Shown piece by piece: positions 17,257 through 25,262 of a DNA stretch of 52,827 bases (position 1 is the stretch's first letter; each line of letters begins with the position of its first letter). The notes beneath the pieces are model-generated. The model worked only from the letters and a program-made list of their open reading frames with translations, was not told the origin of the DNA and ran no database searches. Source of the stretch: an uncultured Anaerolinea sp. (lineage in GTDB: Bacteria; Chloroflexota; Anaerolineae; Anaerolineales; Villigracilaceae); assembly GCA_964571615.1 (NCBI GenBank), contig CAZNCT010000004.1, positions 10,758 to 63,584 on the forward strand, written 5' to 3'. Made by a program: the position numbers and the translations under genes.

Positions 17257-18585
17257 ATGTACATTCCAACAATTCTCAATTTTCTGATTGGTATGCTCTT
17301 CATCTGGCTGGTCACCAGCCTGGTGGTGATGTTCATTCACGAATGGCTGGCAACCCGCCTGAAATGGCGCCCCAAAATGCTCGAAACCACCATTCGCAAT
17401 ATGCTCTCCGACCCGGCCCTGACCGACCAGTTATACAACCATCCGCTTATTCGCAGTCTGTATAGCGGGCCCGATGGCGCATCAAAACCATCTTACATCC
17501 CTGCCAGCCAGTTTGCGCAAGCCCTGATGGATATTGTCGTCAACGCCGCATCAGAAGCCTCGCTGTACCAGCACTATCTTTACAAATTGCGCTGGGAGTT
17601 GCCCCGGCTCGACCCCAAAGAACGCCCTGAAGCCCAAAAACGGCTCAACCTGCTGCTGGCCCTGACGCGCCGCGCCCTGGCAGCGGCCCCCGACCCCGCA
17701 ACGCAAGACACCCTGCTGGAAGAAATCCGCAGCGGGCTGACAGACCTGGCCGAAGGATACCCGGCCCTGAAAACGCCCATTGAAAGCGTCCTGGGCACGG
17801 TGGGTATTCAGCAAAACCAGATTCGGGAGGCCATCAAGGCCAGCGAAGGCGATAGAAGCACCGAAACCGGGCCAATTCCGGCCAACCGTTACCGCAGCGG
17901 ACTGGCCGCCCTGAGCGTAACTCACCCGCGCCTGAAACAAACGCTGGGCGCCTTGCTAAGCGAACTGATCAATGCCAGCATCGAAAGCGAAAATGGCCTC
18001 TTTCGCGCCCGCCAAAATTTGGAAGAATGGTTCAACAACAGCATGGATCGGCTGACAGGCTGGTATCGGCGGCGCGCCCAAACCCTGGCCTACACAATTG
18101 CCTTGCTGGTCGCCCTGGTGCTCAATATCGACTCCATTCAACTGGCGCAAACGCTCTGGCAAGACCCCGTCAGCGCTGCCCGCCTGGCTGATGAAGCCGC
18201 CCTGGTTGCTCAAAACCCATCCATTCAAATTTCTGAAGACGCTCAGCGGATTTTGCAAGAACAAATTTACAAAACCTGGTATCTCAGCCTGCCAATTGGC
18301 TGGATTGGCCTGCCGGTTGACCCCATTCTGACCCCGTCCCCGCTCTGCCCCTGGGAAATAGCCCCCGACCTGAGCGGCGTGCGCTTGTTTGGACAGTGTT
18401 ACCCGCTCCTGAACCTACCCGCCAACGCCTCGCTGATAGGCTGGCTGGCAAAACTGGCTGGTCTGGTTATCACAGGCATTGCCGCAGCCCAGGGAGCGCC
18501 GTTCTGGTTCGATTTGCTCAAAAAAGTGGTCAACATTCGCATGACCGGCGCAAACCCGGTGGAAACCAAGCGCGTTTTTGGCTAA
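17257..18585 (+). CDS. hypothetical integral membrane protein (N-terminal TM, central TM, C-terminal TM ending in the GAPFWFDLLKK motif)
   Basis: Start at ATG 17257, after the TPR stop. TM segments are ILNFLIGMLFIWLVTSLVVMF, LAYTIALLVALVLNI and LAGLVITGIAAAQGAPFWF. Confidence 0.65.
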   Translation: MYIPTILNFLIGMLFIWLVTSLVVMFIHEWLATRLKWRPKMLETTIRNMLSDPALTDQLYNHPLIRSLYSGPDGASKPSYIPASQFAQALMDIVVNAASEASLYQHYLYKLRWELPRLDPKERPEAQKRLNLLLALTRRALAAAPDPATQDTLLEEIRSGLTDLAEGYPALKTPIESVLGTVGIQQNQIREAIKASEGDRSTETGPIPANRYRSGLAALSVTHPRLKQTLGALLSELINASIESENGLFRARQNLEEWFNNSMDRLTGWYRRRAQTLAYTIALLVALVLNIDSIQLAQTLWQDPVSAARLADEAALVAQNPSIQISEDAQRILQEQIYKTWYLSLPIGWIGLPVDPILTPSPLCPWEIAPDLSGVRLFGQCYPLLNLPANASLIGWLAKLAGLVITGIAAAQGAPFWFDLLKKVVNIRMTGANPVETKRVFG

Positions 18586-18618
18586 AACTGCCCATCATCT
18601 TGTTTTACGGAGAGAACC

Positions 18619-19314
18619 ATGTCTGCCATTCCCCAACACGTCACCGATGTCATCAATTCGCTCATTGAAGCCTACCCAACCGGCCTGCCGGAGGGCATTC
18701 AAATCAACATCAACCTGTCGGTGCCACTTGAAGCCACGCAAGGACAGGCCGTCAGCGCCAGCATTCAGGGAGCCTCATCCCTTCCGGTTACACAAACAGC
18801 CCCCAGCGTCGAGCCGCCAGCCGCCCCAGCCTACAAAGGGCCTTTCCTGGGATTGTATCGCGTGATTGCGCGAAACCCATCGAAGCGCATCAAAATCCGC
18901 TCCGATTTTGATATGGCAGCCCCCGAAGCCAGCGTGCACCTGACCCCCAGACAATACGAATTTATTCGCGCCCTGAACGCCAGCCGCCCTCAATATCTCG
19001 AAAACAATGGCTACATTTACCGGTCTGAGGATGGCTTACCGTACACCTTTTATAAACAGTTCGGCTACAACAACCAACTGCTGGTCATCTCTGAAATCAA
19101 ACGGGTGGGTTCGGCGGTCATGGGGCGTGTGGTTGGCATCGGAGAAGACCCCTATCTTTCAGACCCCAAACCACTCGACCCAGCAGTCACCAACCACAAA
19201 ACAACCCCCTGGCTGGTTCATCTGATTGAAGACTTGCAGGTTTACGCCCCCATCCTGACTGCAGACAGTTCGCCGGGCTGGGTCAATATGCAGGAAGTGG
19301 AAAAAGTGCGGTAA
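18619..19314 (+). CDS. hypothetical protein with no recognisable family
   Basis: 231-aa ORF with SD GGAGAG. It is the last gene before the terminator at 19315-19352. Confidence 0.6.
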   Translation: MSAIPQHVTDVINSLIEAYPTGLPEGIQININLSVPLEATQGQAVSASIQGASSLPVTQTAPSVEPPAAPAYKGPFLGLYRVIARNPSKRIKIRSDFDMAAPEASVHLTPRQYEFIRALNASRPQYLENNGYIYRSEDGLPYTFYKQFGYNNQLLVISEIKRVGSAVMGRVVGIGEDPYLSDPKPLDPAVTNHKTTPWLVHLIEDLQVYAPILTADSSPGWVNMQEVEKVR

Positions 19315-19352
19315 ATAAAAAAAGATGGCCTCACTCAAGAGGCCATCTTTTT
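19315..19352. terminator. bidirectional intrinsic terminator that overlaps the 3' end of the aldolase gene
   Basis: A7, AGATGGCCTC-ACTCAA-GAGGCCATCT, then T6. Confidence 0.8.
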
Positions 19353-20015
19353 TCGTAGTTCATGCAGTTTTTCAAGCATTTCAGGGGGCAGGTGATGAAT
19401 GCGGCCCAAGCCCTGAGCCAGGACAATCACCCGGGCGACATGCTCAACCCGCTCAAGGTGAATCAGGGCTTCTTCCAGGTCACGTCCAACCGTCAGGGCG
19501 CCGTGATTGCGAATCAGCACCGCGTTATGACCCCGAATCGGTTCACGAATCGCGGCTGCATTTTCTTCACTGCTGGGGGTGGCAAAATCGGTGGTCGGAA
19601 CAGGGCCAAGCCCCTCAAGCAGCTCGGGCAGGACATCTTCAGGAAACGGTATGCCAGCGACGGTGAGCGCGGTCGCGTACGCCGGGTGGGCATGGATGAC
19701 CGCCCGAACATCGGGCCGCTGGCGATAGGCTTCGAGGTGCATCGGCGTTTCTGACGAAATGCGGTGTTTCTTGCGCGGGTTCGATTTCAAAACCCGGCCT
19801 TCCAGGTCAATCACCAGCAAGTCATCCAACTCGAGGCGGCCTTTGCAAAGCGTTGAGGGCGTTATCACCAGGCGGTCTTCGCCCATGCGGGCTGAAATGT
19901 TGCCGTTATTGGCAGGCATCAGCCCCTGGGCATAGCACAAACGCCCGGCTTCAACGACTGCTATTCGCAAGTCGCGCTCGGTGGCTAACTGGCTAAAACG
20001 GAGCAGGCTCGACAT
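19335..20015 (-). CDS. class II aldolase/adducin family protein (fuculose-phosphate aldolase or MTRu-1-P dehydratase-like)
   Basis: 226 aa containing ..NNGNISARMG.., ..SSETPMHLEAY.. and ..VIHAHPAYATAL... Confidence 0.85.
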   Translation of the reverse strand: MSSLLRFSQLATERDLRIAVVEAGRLCYAQGLMPANNGNISARMGEDRLVITPSTLCKGRLELDDLLVIDLEGRVLKSNPRKKHRISSETPMHLEAYRQRPDVRAVIHAHPAYATALTVAGIPFPEDVLPELLEGLGPVPTTDFATPSSEENAAAIREPIRGHNAVLIRNHGALTVGRDLEEALIHLERVEHVARVIVLAQGLGRIHHLPPEMLEKLHELRKKMAS

Positions 20016-20024
20016 AGACGCAGG

Positions 20025-20752
20025 TTAAGCGGGCAGTTCGGAGGCAGTGCGGCGCGGCCACAGGCTGAGCGCAACGTAATAAGCCACATAAATAAACGAT
20101 GCCCACACCGCCCACTGCGGCACATTGGGATATTGCAACAGGCTCCAGACCCCAATCGCCGCGTAGAGATACGAGAGCAGCAAGGTCAGGCGGCGCAGGC
20201 GCGTATTGCGGCTGGGATAGACATATTTGACCGGCACAAACACCAGGATATTGAACAAGACCAGGAATGCCAGGTTAAGCCAGGGATTTAACTGCATCAC
20301 CAGCATGTAAATCACCATCACATTCCAGTAAGACGGGAATCCCTTGAAGAAATATTCCTCGGTCTCATCGGTCTTGGCATCCACCTGGGTAAACTGATAG
20401 GCAGAAGTCAGCAGGATGGCAAATGCCCCCGGCCAGCGAAACATTTCCGGCAGAAAATCGGCCTGAATCAGAAACAGGGCCGGGACAACGACATAGTTCA
20501 GGTAGTCGAGGATATTATCGAGCAAGGCGCCATCAATATTTTTGGCATAGGTCTTGACATCGGCCCAGCGCGCCAACATGCCATCGAAGCCATCCACAAA
20601 CATGGCCAGCACCATCCAAAAAATCGCCATGCGCCAATCGCGGTTAAAAACGGCAACCAGCGCCAGACAGCCCCCGTGGCAGTGAACAGGTGCACGCCCA
20701 TTGCCAGGGCCTTGCGAAACAAAGGACTGGAAGGAAGGGTGAAATTGATCAT
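20025..20752 (-). pseudogene. pcs: phosphatidylcholine synthase-like CDP-alcohol phosphatidyltransferase, split by an apparent 1-nt frameshift near 20665-20675
   Basis: The downstream frame carries the family motif DGFDGMLARWADVKTYAKNIDGALLDNILDYLN. The N-terminal ~28 aa (MINFTLPSSPLFRKALAMGVHLFTATGAV) are in another frame. The two frames join cleanly if one base is added at or next to the CCCCC run at 20671-20675. Confidence 0.6.
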
Positions 20753-20799
20753 GAGCGCAATTATAGCCGAATGTCGTTTCTGCCGCCCCGAGTGACTCG

Positions 20800-20841
20800 T
20801 TAAGAAATATGCAAGCCGCCGGGCTTGCAAAACCCGGCGGC
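20800..20841 (-). terminator. intrinsic terminator downstream of ileS
   Basis: The minus-strand RNA reads GCCGCCGGG-UUUUGCAAG-CCCGGCGGC followed by UUGCAUAUUUCUU. Confidence 0.65.
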
Positions 20842-20864
20842 CTGGAAACAAGCCAAACGACAAA

Positions 20865-23800
20865 TTACAGCATTGCGCCAGCCTTCACCAGGGCAATGGT
20901 TACGCGCTCACCGTCAAACTCCTCCACCTGAACTTTGGAGGTAACCAGCGACTGAGCAAAGTTCAATTCAACACACAGGGTTTCGGCCATAATCGTCTCA
21001 CGGTGGGCTTCGATGGCGGCCTTCAACTCAGGGGTTGCGCTCAGGTAGAGCAGAATGCGGTCGGCCACGTTGAACCCGGCCGTCTTACGGAAATCTTGCA
21101 CGCGGCGCACAAATTCACGCGCCAGGCCCTCGCGCACCAGTTCAGGCGTCAGGTCAGTCACCAGGGCGGCCACATACGGGCCATCCTCTGCAACCGCAAA
21201 CCCTTCTCTTGCCAGGGTCTTGACCTCGACCTCGTCGGCCTGGATGTCGTAAGATTGGCCTTCGACCTCGACCCTGAGCAGTTGACCGACGCCAAAAGTT
21301 CGCGCAACTTCTTCGGGGTTCATGGCCTGAATGGCTTTGGCAATGGCCGGGAAGCGGTTGCCGTACTTCTGACCCAACTGTTTGGGCAAGGGCTTGACCG
21401 AGTGCGAGACGGCCTCGGTCGAGGCGTCGAGCAGGCGAACCTTTTTGACATTCAATTCATCGGTCAGCAGGTCATCAAAATCGTGCACGGCGCGGCGTTC
21501 ATCGGGGTTGCCAACCGAGAATGCGGCTTCAGCCAGCGGCTGGCGCACTTTGCGATTGGCTTTGGCGCGGGCTGCATGACCGAGCGACGCCAGGCGCATC
21601 ACCAGGCGCATATCGCGGTTGAGGCCTTCATCAATCCATTTTTCATCGACAGCGGGCCATTCGGCCAGATGCACCGATTCGGGCGCGAATTCGTTGTGCG
21701 AGCGAACCAGGTTTTGGTATAGTTCTTCGGCCAGGAAAGGCATGGTCGGAGCAAGCAACTTGCTCAGCGTCACCAGGGCGGTGTGCAGGGTGGCATAAGC
21801 CGCCTGCTTATCCGAGTCGGAATCTGATTTCCAGAAGCGGCGGCGCGAGCGGCGCAGATACCAGGTCGAAAGATTTTCAACAAACTTCTCAATCGGACGG
21901 GTCGCCCCGGTGACGTCATATTGCTCCAGCGCATCGGTCACATCACGAACCAGGGTGTTGAGTTCTGAAAGCAGCCACTTATCCAGTTTGGTGTAGGCCA
22001 GATTGTTGGCGGGCCCAACAGGCTTCCAGCCGTCCAGATTGGCGTAGGTGACAAAGAACGAGTACACATTCCAGAGCGTCAGGGTGAAGTTACGCAACAC
22101 CTCGCTGACCAGGTCAACCGAGAAGCGGCGCTCGTTGCCAGGCGGGGTGGCGGTGTAGAGATACCAGCGGAAAGCGTCGGCCCCATTGACGGTCAGCACA
22201 TCCCAGGGGTTGACGATGTTGCCGCGCGATTTCGACATTTTGTAGCCATCGCCATCCAAAATCAGGCCCAGGCAGATGACGTTTTTGTAGGCCACGCTTT
22301 CAAAAACCATCGTGCTGATGGCGTGCAGGGAATAGAACCAGCCGCGCGTCTGGTCAACGGCCTCGCAGATGTAATCGGCGGGGAACTGACGCTCAAACTT
22401 GTCCTTGTTCTCAAAGGGGTAATGCCACTGGGCAACTGGCATGGCGCCCGAATCAAACCAGACATCAATCAGTTCGGTCACGCGGGTCATTTTTCCGCCG
22501 CATTTCTGGCAGGCAAAATGGACGTTATCCACATGCGGGCGGTGCAGGTCGAGATTCGACTGGTCGCGCCCGGTCAGTTGCGAAAGCTCGGCCACCGAAC
22601 CGACGCAGTGCTGATGCTTACAAGACTCACACTCCCAAACTGGCAGGGGCGTGCCCCAGTAGCGCTCACGCGAGAGCGCCCAGTCAATGTTGTTGCTCAA
22701 CCAGTTGCCAAAACGGCCATCCTTGATGTGTTCAGGAACCCAGTTGATGGTCTGGTTCAGGTCAACCATCAGGTCTTTATACTGGCTGGTGCGAATGTAC
22801 CAGGCCTCGCGGGCGTAGTACAAGAGCGGGGTTTTGCAGCGCCAGCAGAACGGGTAGGTGTGGTCATAAGTTTCGGCGCGATAGAGCAGGCCGCGGTTGC
22901 GCAAATCCTGGGTGATGAAGGGATCAGCATCTTTGACAAACTGCCCGCGCCAGGGGGTCACTTCAGGGATGAAAGTGCCATCGGGCGCAACGGTCATGAT
23001 GACCGGCAGGTCGTGTTCCATTGCCACGCGCATATCGTCTGCGCCAAAGGCCGGGGCAATATGCACCAGGCCGGTACCGTCTTCGGTGGTCACAAAGTCG
23101 CCAAAGATGACGTAATGGGCGGGCTTGTCGGGCGGCAGGAAGGTGAAAAGCGGCTGGTAGCGCAACCCTTTCAGTTTCTTGCCTTTGAAGGTCTCCAGCA
23201 CCTTGACTTCCTCGCCCCGGAAGACTTTCTCGAGCAAAGCCTGAGCCAGAATGAGCCGCTCGGTGCCGCCCTCCTCGAGAGCGCGCTCAACCTTAACGTA
23301 GTCCACATCTTCACCGGCGGCTACGGCTACGTTGGAGGGCAGCGTCCAGGGGGTTGTCGTCCAGACCAGCAGCGAGGTGCCCGGCTCGTCCACCAGCGGT
23401 AAACGGACAAAGACCGAGGGGTCGGTAGCGTCATCGTAACCCTGGGCTACTTCATGGTCTGAAAGCGGCGTCCCACAACGCGGGCAGTAAGGAACGACCT
23501 TGAAGCCCTGGTAAAGCAGGCCTTTATCCCACAACTGACGCAACAACCACCACAACGACTCAATGTAGTCGTTGGTGAAAGTGACGTAGGCTTCCTTCAG
23601 GTCAACCCAAAAAGCGATGCGGTCGGTCAGGCGTTCCCAATCCTGAATGTAATCAAACGCCGATTTACGGCACAGTTCATTGAATTTCTCAATGCCGTAG
23701 TCTTCGATTTGCTGTTTGCTGGTAAAACCGAGTTTCTTCTCAACTTCAATTTCAACCGGCAGGCCGTGCGTATCCCAGCCGCCGCGGCGCGAGACGTGAT

Positions 23801-24032
23801 ACCCGCGCATAATTTTATAACGCGGAAACACATCTTTGAACGCGCGCGCCAGAACATGATGCACACCGGGTTTGCCATTCGCAGTAGGCGGGCCTTCATA
23901 GAAGACATACTCGGGGCCGCCAGCGCGGGTTGAGAGAGTCTTTTCAAAAATTTTCTCTTTTTTCCAGAACTTCAGCACACCCTCTTCCAGCGAGGTCACA
24001 TCCAGTTTTGGGGATACAGGTTTGAACGCCAT
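20865..24032 (-). CDS. ileS: isoleucine--tRNA ligase (long, type-2-like form)
   Basis: 1055 aa. It has the HIGH-region sequence PPTANGKPGVHHVL, the KMSKS motif, an editing domain and a long C-terminal extension. Confidence 0.95.
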   Translation of the reverse strand: MAFKPVSPKLDVTSLEEGVLKFWKKEKIFEKTLSTRAGGPEYVFYEGPPTANGKPGVHHVLARAFKDVFPRYKIMRGYHVSRRGGWDTHGLPVEIEVEKKLGFTSKQQIEDYGIEKFNELCRKSAFDYIQDWERLTDRIAFWVDLKEAYVTFTNDYIESLWWLLRQLWDKGLLYQGFKVVPYCPRCGTPLSDHEVAQGYDDATDPSVFVRLPLVDEPGTSLLVWTTTPWTLPSNVAVAAGEDVDYVKVERALEEGGTERLILAQALLEKVFRGEEVKVLETFKGKKLKGLRYQPLFTFLPPDKPAHYVIFGDFVTTEDGTGLVHIAPAFGADDMRVAMEHDLPVIMTVAPDGTFIPEVTPWRGQFVKDADPFITQDLRNRGLLYRAETYDHTYPFCWRCKTPLLYYAREAWYIRTSQYKDLMVDLNQTINWVPEHIKDGRFGNWLSNNIDWALSRERYWGTPLPVWECESCKHQHCVGSVAELSQLTGRDQSNLDLHRPHVDNVHFACQKCGGKMTRVTELIDVWFDSGAMPVAQWHYPFENKDKFERQFPADYICEAVDQTRGWFYSLHAISTMVFESVAYKNVICLGLILDGDGYKMSKSRGNIVNPWDVLTVNGADAFRWYLYTATPPGNERRFSVDLVSEVLRNFTLTLWNVYSFFVTYANLDGWKPVGPANNLAYTKLDKWLLSELNTLVRDVTDALEQYDVTGATRPIEKFVENLSTWYLRRSRRRFWKSDSDSDKQAAYATLHTALVTLSKLLAPTMPFLAEELYQNLVRSHNEFAPESVHLAEWPAVDEKWIDEGLNRDMRLVMRLASLGHAARAKANRKVRQPLAEAAFSVGNPDERRAVHDFDDLLTDELNVKKVRLLDASTEAVSHSVKPLPKQLGQKYGNRFPAIAKAIQAMNPEEVARTFGVGQLLRVEVEGQSYDIQADEVEVKTLAREGFAVAEDGPYVAALVTDLTPELVREGLAREFVRRVQDFRKTAGFNVADRILLYLSATPELKAAIEAHRETIMAETLCVELNFAQSLVTSKVQVEEFDGERVTIALVKAGAML

Positions 24033-24405
24033 TCACACCTCCGAAAAATAAAACTCCCGTCCACACACCTGGGACGAGAGTATCAAACTCACGCGGTACC
24101 ACCCGGATTTCCTGTCCTGGCTTTTGACGACGGACAGACGCTCGGCAAGGGACAATCATCCCTCTGCCCGGGTAACGGTGGGCCTCCGGCTTGCTTACTT
24201 ATCTCAGTATTCAGTGAACAGTGACCAGTATTCAGTAACCATAACATCGAAAAACTGGATACTGACCACTGGATATTGATTACTGGCAACTGCTTTTCAG
24301 CGCGCGGCTCCGGAAGGATTTTCGGTTGGACATCCCTGCCCGGCTCACACCAGTCCCGGGTTCGCTGAAAGTCTGGCCCAACCTACTCGTTTCCATCACA
24401 GCCTT
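24033..24405 (-). promoter_or_regulatory. T-box riboswitch leader of ileS
   Basis: On the minus-strand RNA, the T-box sequence is AAUCCGGGUGGUACCGCGUG (plus 24090-24110). The terminator is CUCUCGUCC-loop-GGACGGGAG followed by UUUUAUUUUU (24044-24080). Stem I has a GA/K-turn-like base, AGUA and GAA in the specifier loop, the candidate specifier AUC (Ile, plus 24317-24319) and a distal GGUGUGA motif. Confidence 0.85.
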
Positions 24406-24412
24406 TCGCGCA

Positions 24413-24440
24413 ATTATACACAAATTCCGGTTACATTCAA
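24413..24440 (-). promoter_or_regulatory. promoter of the ileS T-box leader
   Basis: On the minus strand: TTGAAT (24440-24435), a 16-nt spacer, then TATAAT (24418-24413). Confidence 0.6.
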
Positions 24441-24500
24441 GGCCAACACAAACTTGAGAAAAGTGGTAAGATATGCCAATTTTTTATAAGGAGAGAGGAT

Positions 24501-25154
24501 ATGCCAACGATTAAAGCCTTGATTGAGAAGAACCGCGCCTGGGCCGAAGCCGTCACAGCCGAAGACCCAACCTTTTTTGAAAAACTCAGCCGTCAGCAGG
24601 CGCCCGCCTATCTGTGGATTGGCTGCGCTGACAGCCGTGTCCCGGCGACCCAACTGACCGGGCTGATGCCGGGTGAAATGTTTGTGCACCGCAACGTGGC
24701 AAATGTGGTTGTGCATACCGATTTGAACTGTCTATCGGTAATTCAATTTGCCGTAGAAGTGCTCAAGGTGGAGCATATCATCGTCTGCGGACATTATAGT
24801 TGCGGCGGGGTAGAAGCCGCCCTGCGTGACAGCCAGTTGGGGTTGATTGATAACTGGCTCAGGCATGTGCAGGATGTGCGCAACCAGCATCGCAGCCTGA
24901 TTGAAGCGGCGGGCGATTTTCCGGCCCAGTCGGCGCGATTGTGTGAGCTAAACGTCATCGAACAGGCGGTCAACGTCGCCCAGACCACCATCGTGCGGCA
25001 GGCCTGGGAACGCGGGCAAAACCTGACCGTCAATGGGTTGATTTATGGGTTGAAAGACGGACTGCTGAACGACCTGGGTCTGCGCATCAAAAATACTGCC
25101 GAGTTGCAATCAGAGTATCAAAAGGCGCTGGAAAAGGTAGCAAAAACAGCGTAG
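24501..25154 (+). CDS. beta-class carbonic anhydrase
   Basis: 217 aa with the zinc-ligand context CADSRV...HYSCGG. SD AAGGAGAG lies upstream. Confidence 0.9.
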   Translation: MPTIKALIEKNRAWAEAVTAEDPTFFEKLSRQQAPAYLWIGCADSRVPATQLTGLMPGEMFVHRNVANVVVHTDLNCLSVIQFAVEVLKVEHIIVCGHYSCGGVEAALRDSQLGLIDNWLRHVQDVRNQHRSLIEAAGDFPAQSARLCELNVIEQAVNVAQTTIVRQAWERGQNLTVNGLIYGLKDGLLNDLGLRIKNTAELQSEYQKALEKVAKTA

Positions 25155-25184
25155 GAAAAACCTGGCGCAACCAAAACGCTTTCA

Positions 25185-25224
25185 AAAACAACGACCACCC
25201 GCTCGGATGGTCGTTGTTTTCTTG
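25185..25224. terminator. bidirectional intrinsic terminator
   Basis: AAAACAACGACCA-loop-TGGTCGTTGTTTT. Confidence 0.75.
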
Positions 25225-25262
25225 TTGTTAGCCCGTCTTCAGGGAAAATTTTCGGGTTGCGT

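Noticed and set aside
20498-20863. 121-aa ORF treated as an independent gene.
   Set aside because: Only residues encoded from ATG 20752 to about 20667 look real (the Pcs N-terminus). The remainder is an out-of-frame read-through of the pcs gene and the upstream part crosses the ileS terminator.
24414-24716. 100-aa minus-strand ORF overlapping the carbonic anhydrase start.
   Set aside because: It is antisense to a well-supported gene and begins inside the T-box promoter region. It has no SD.
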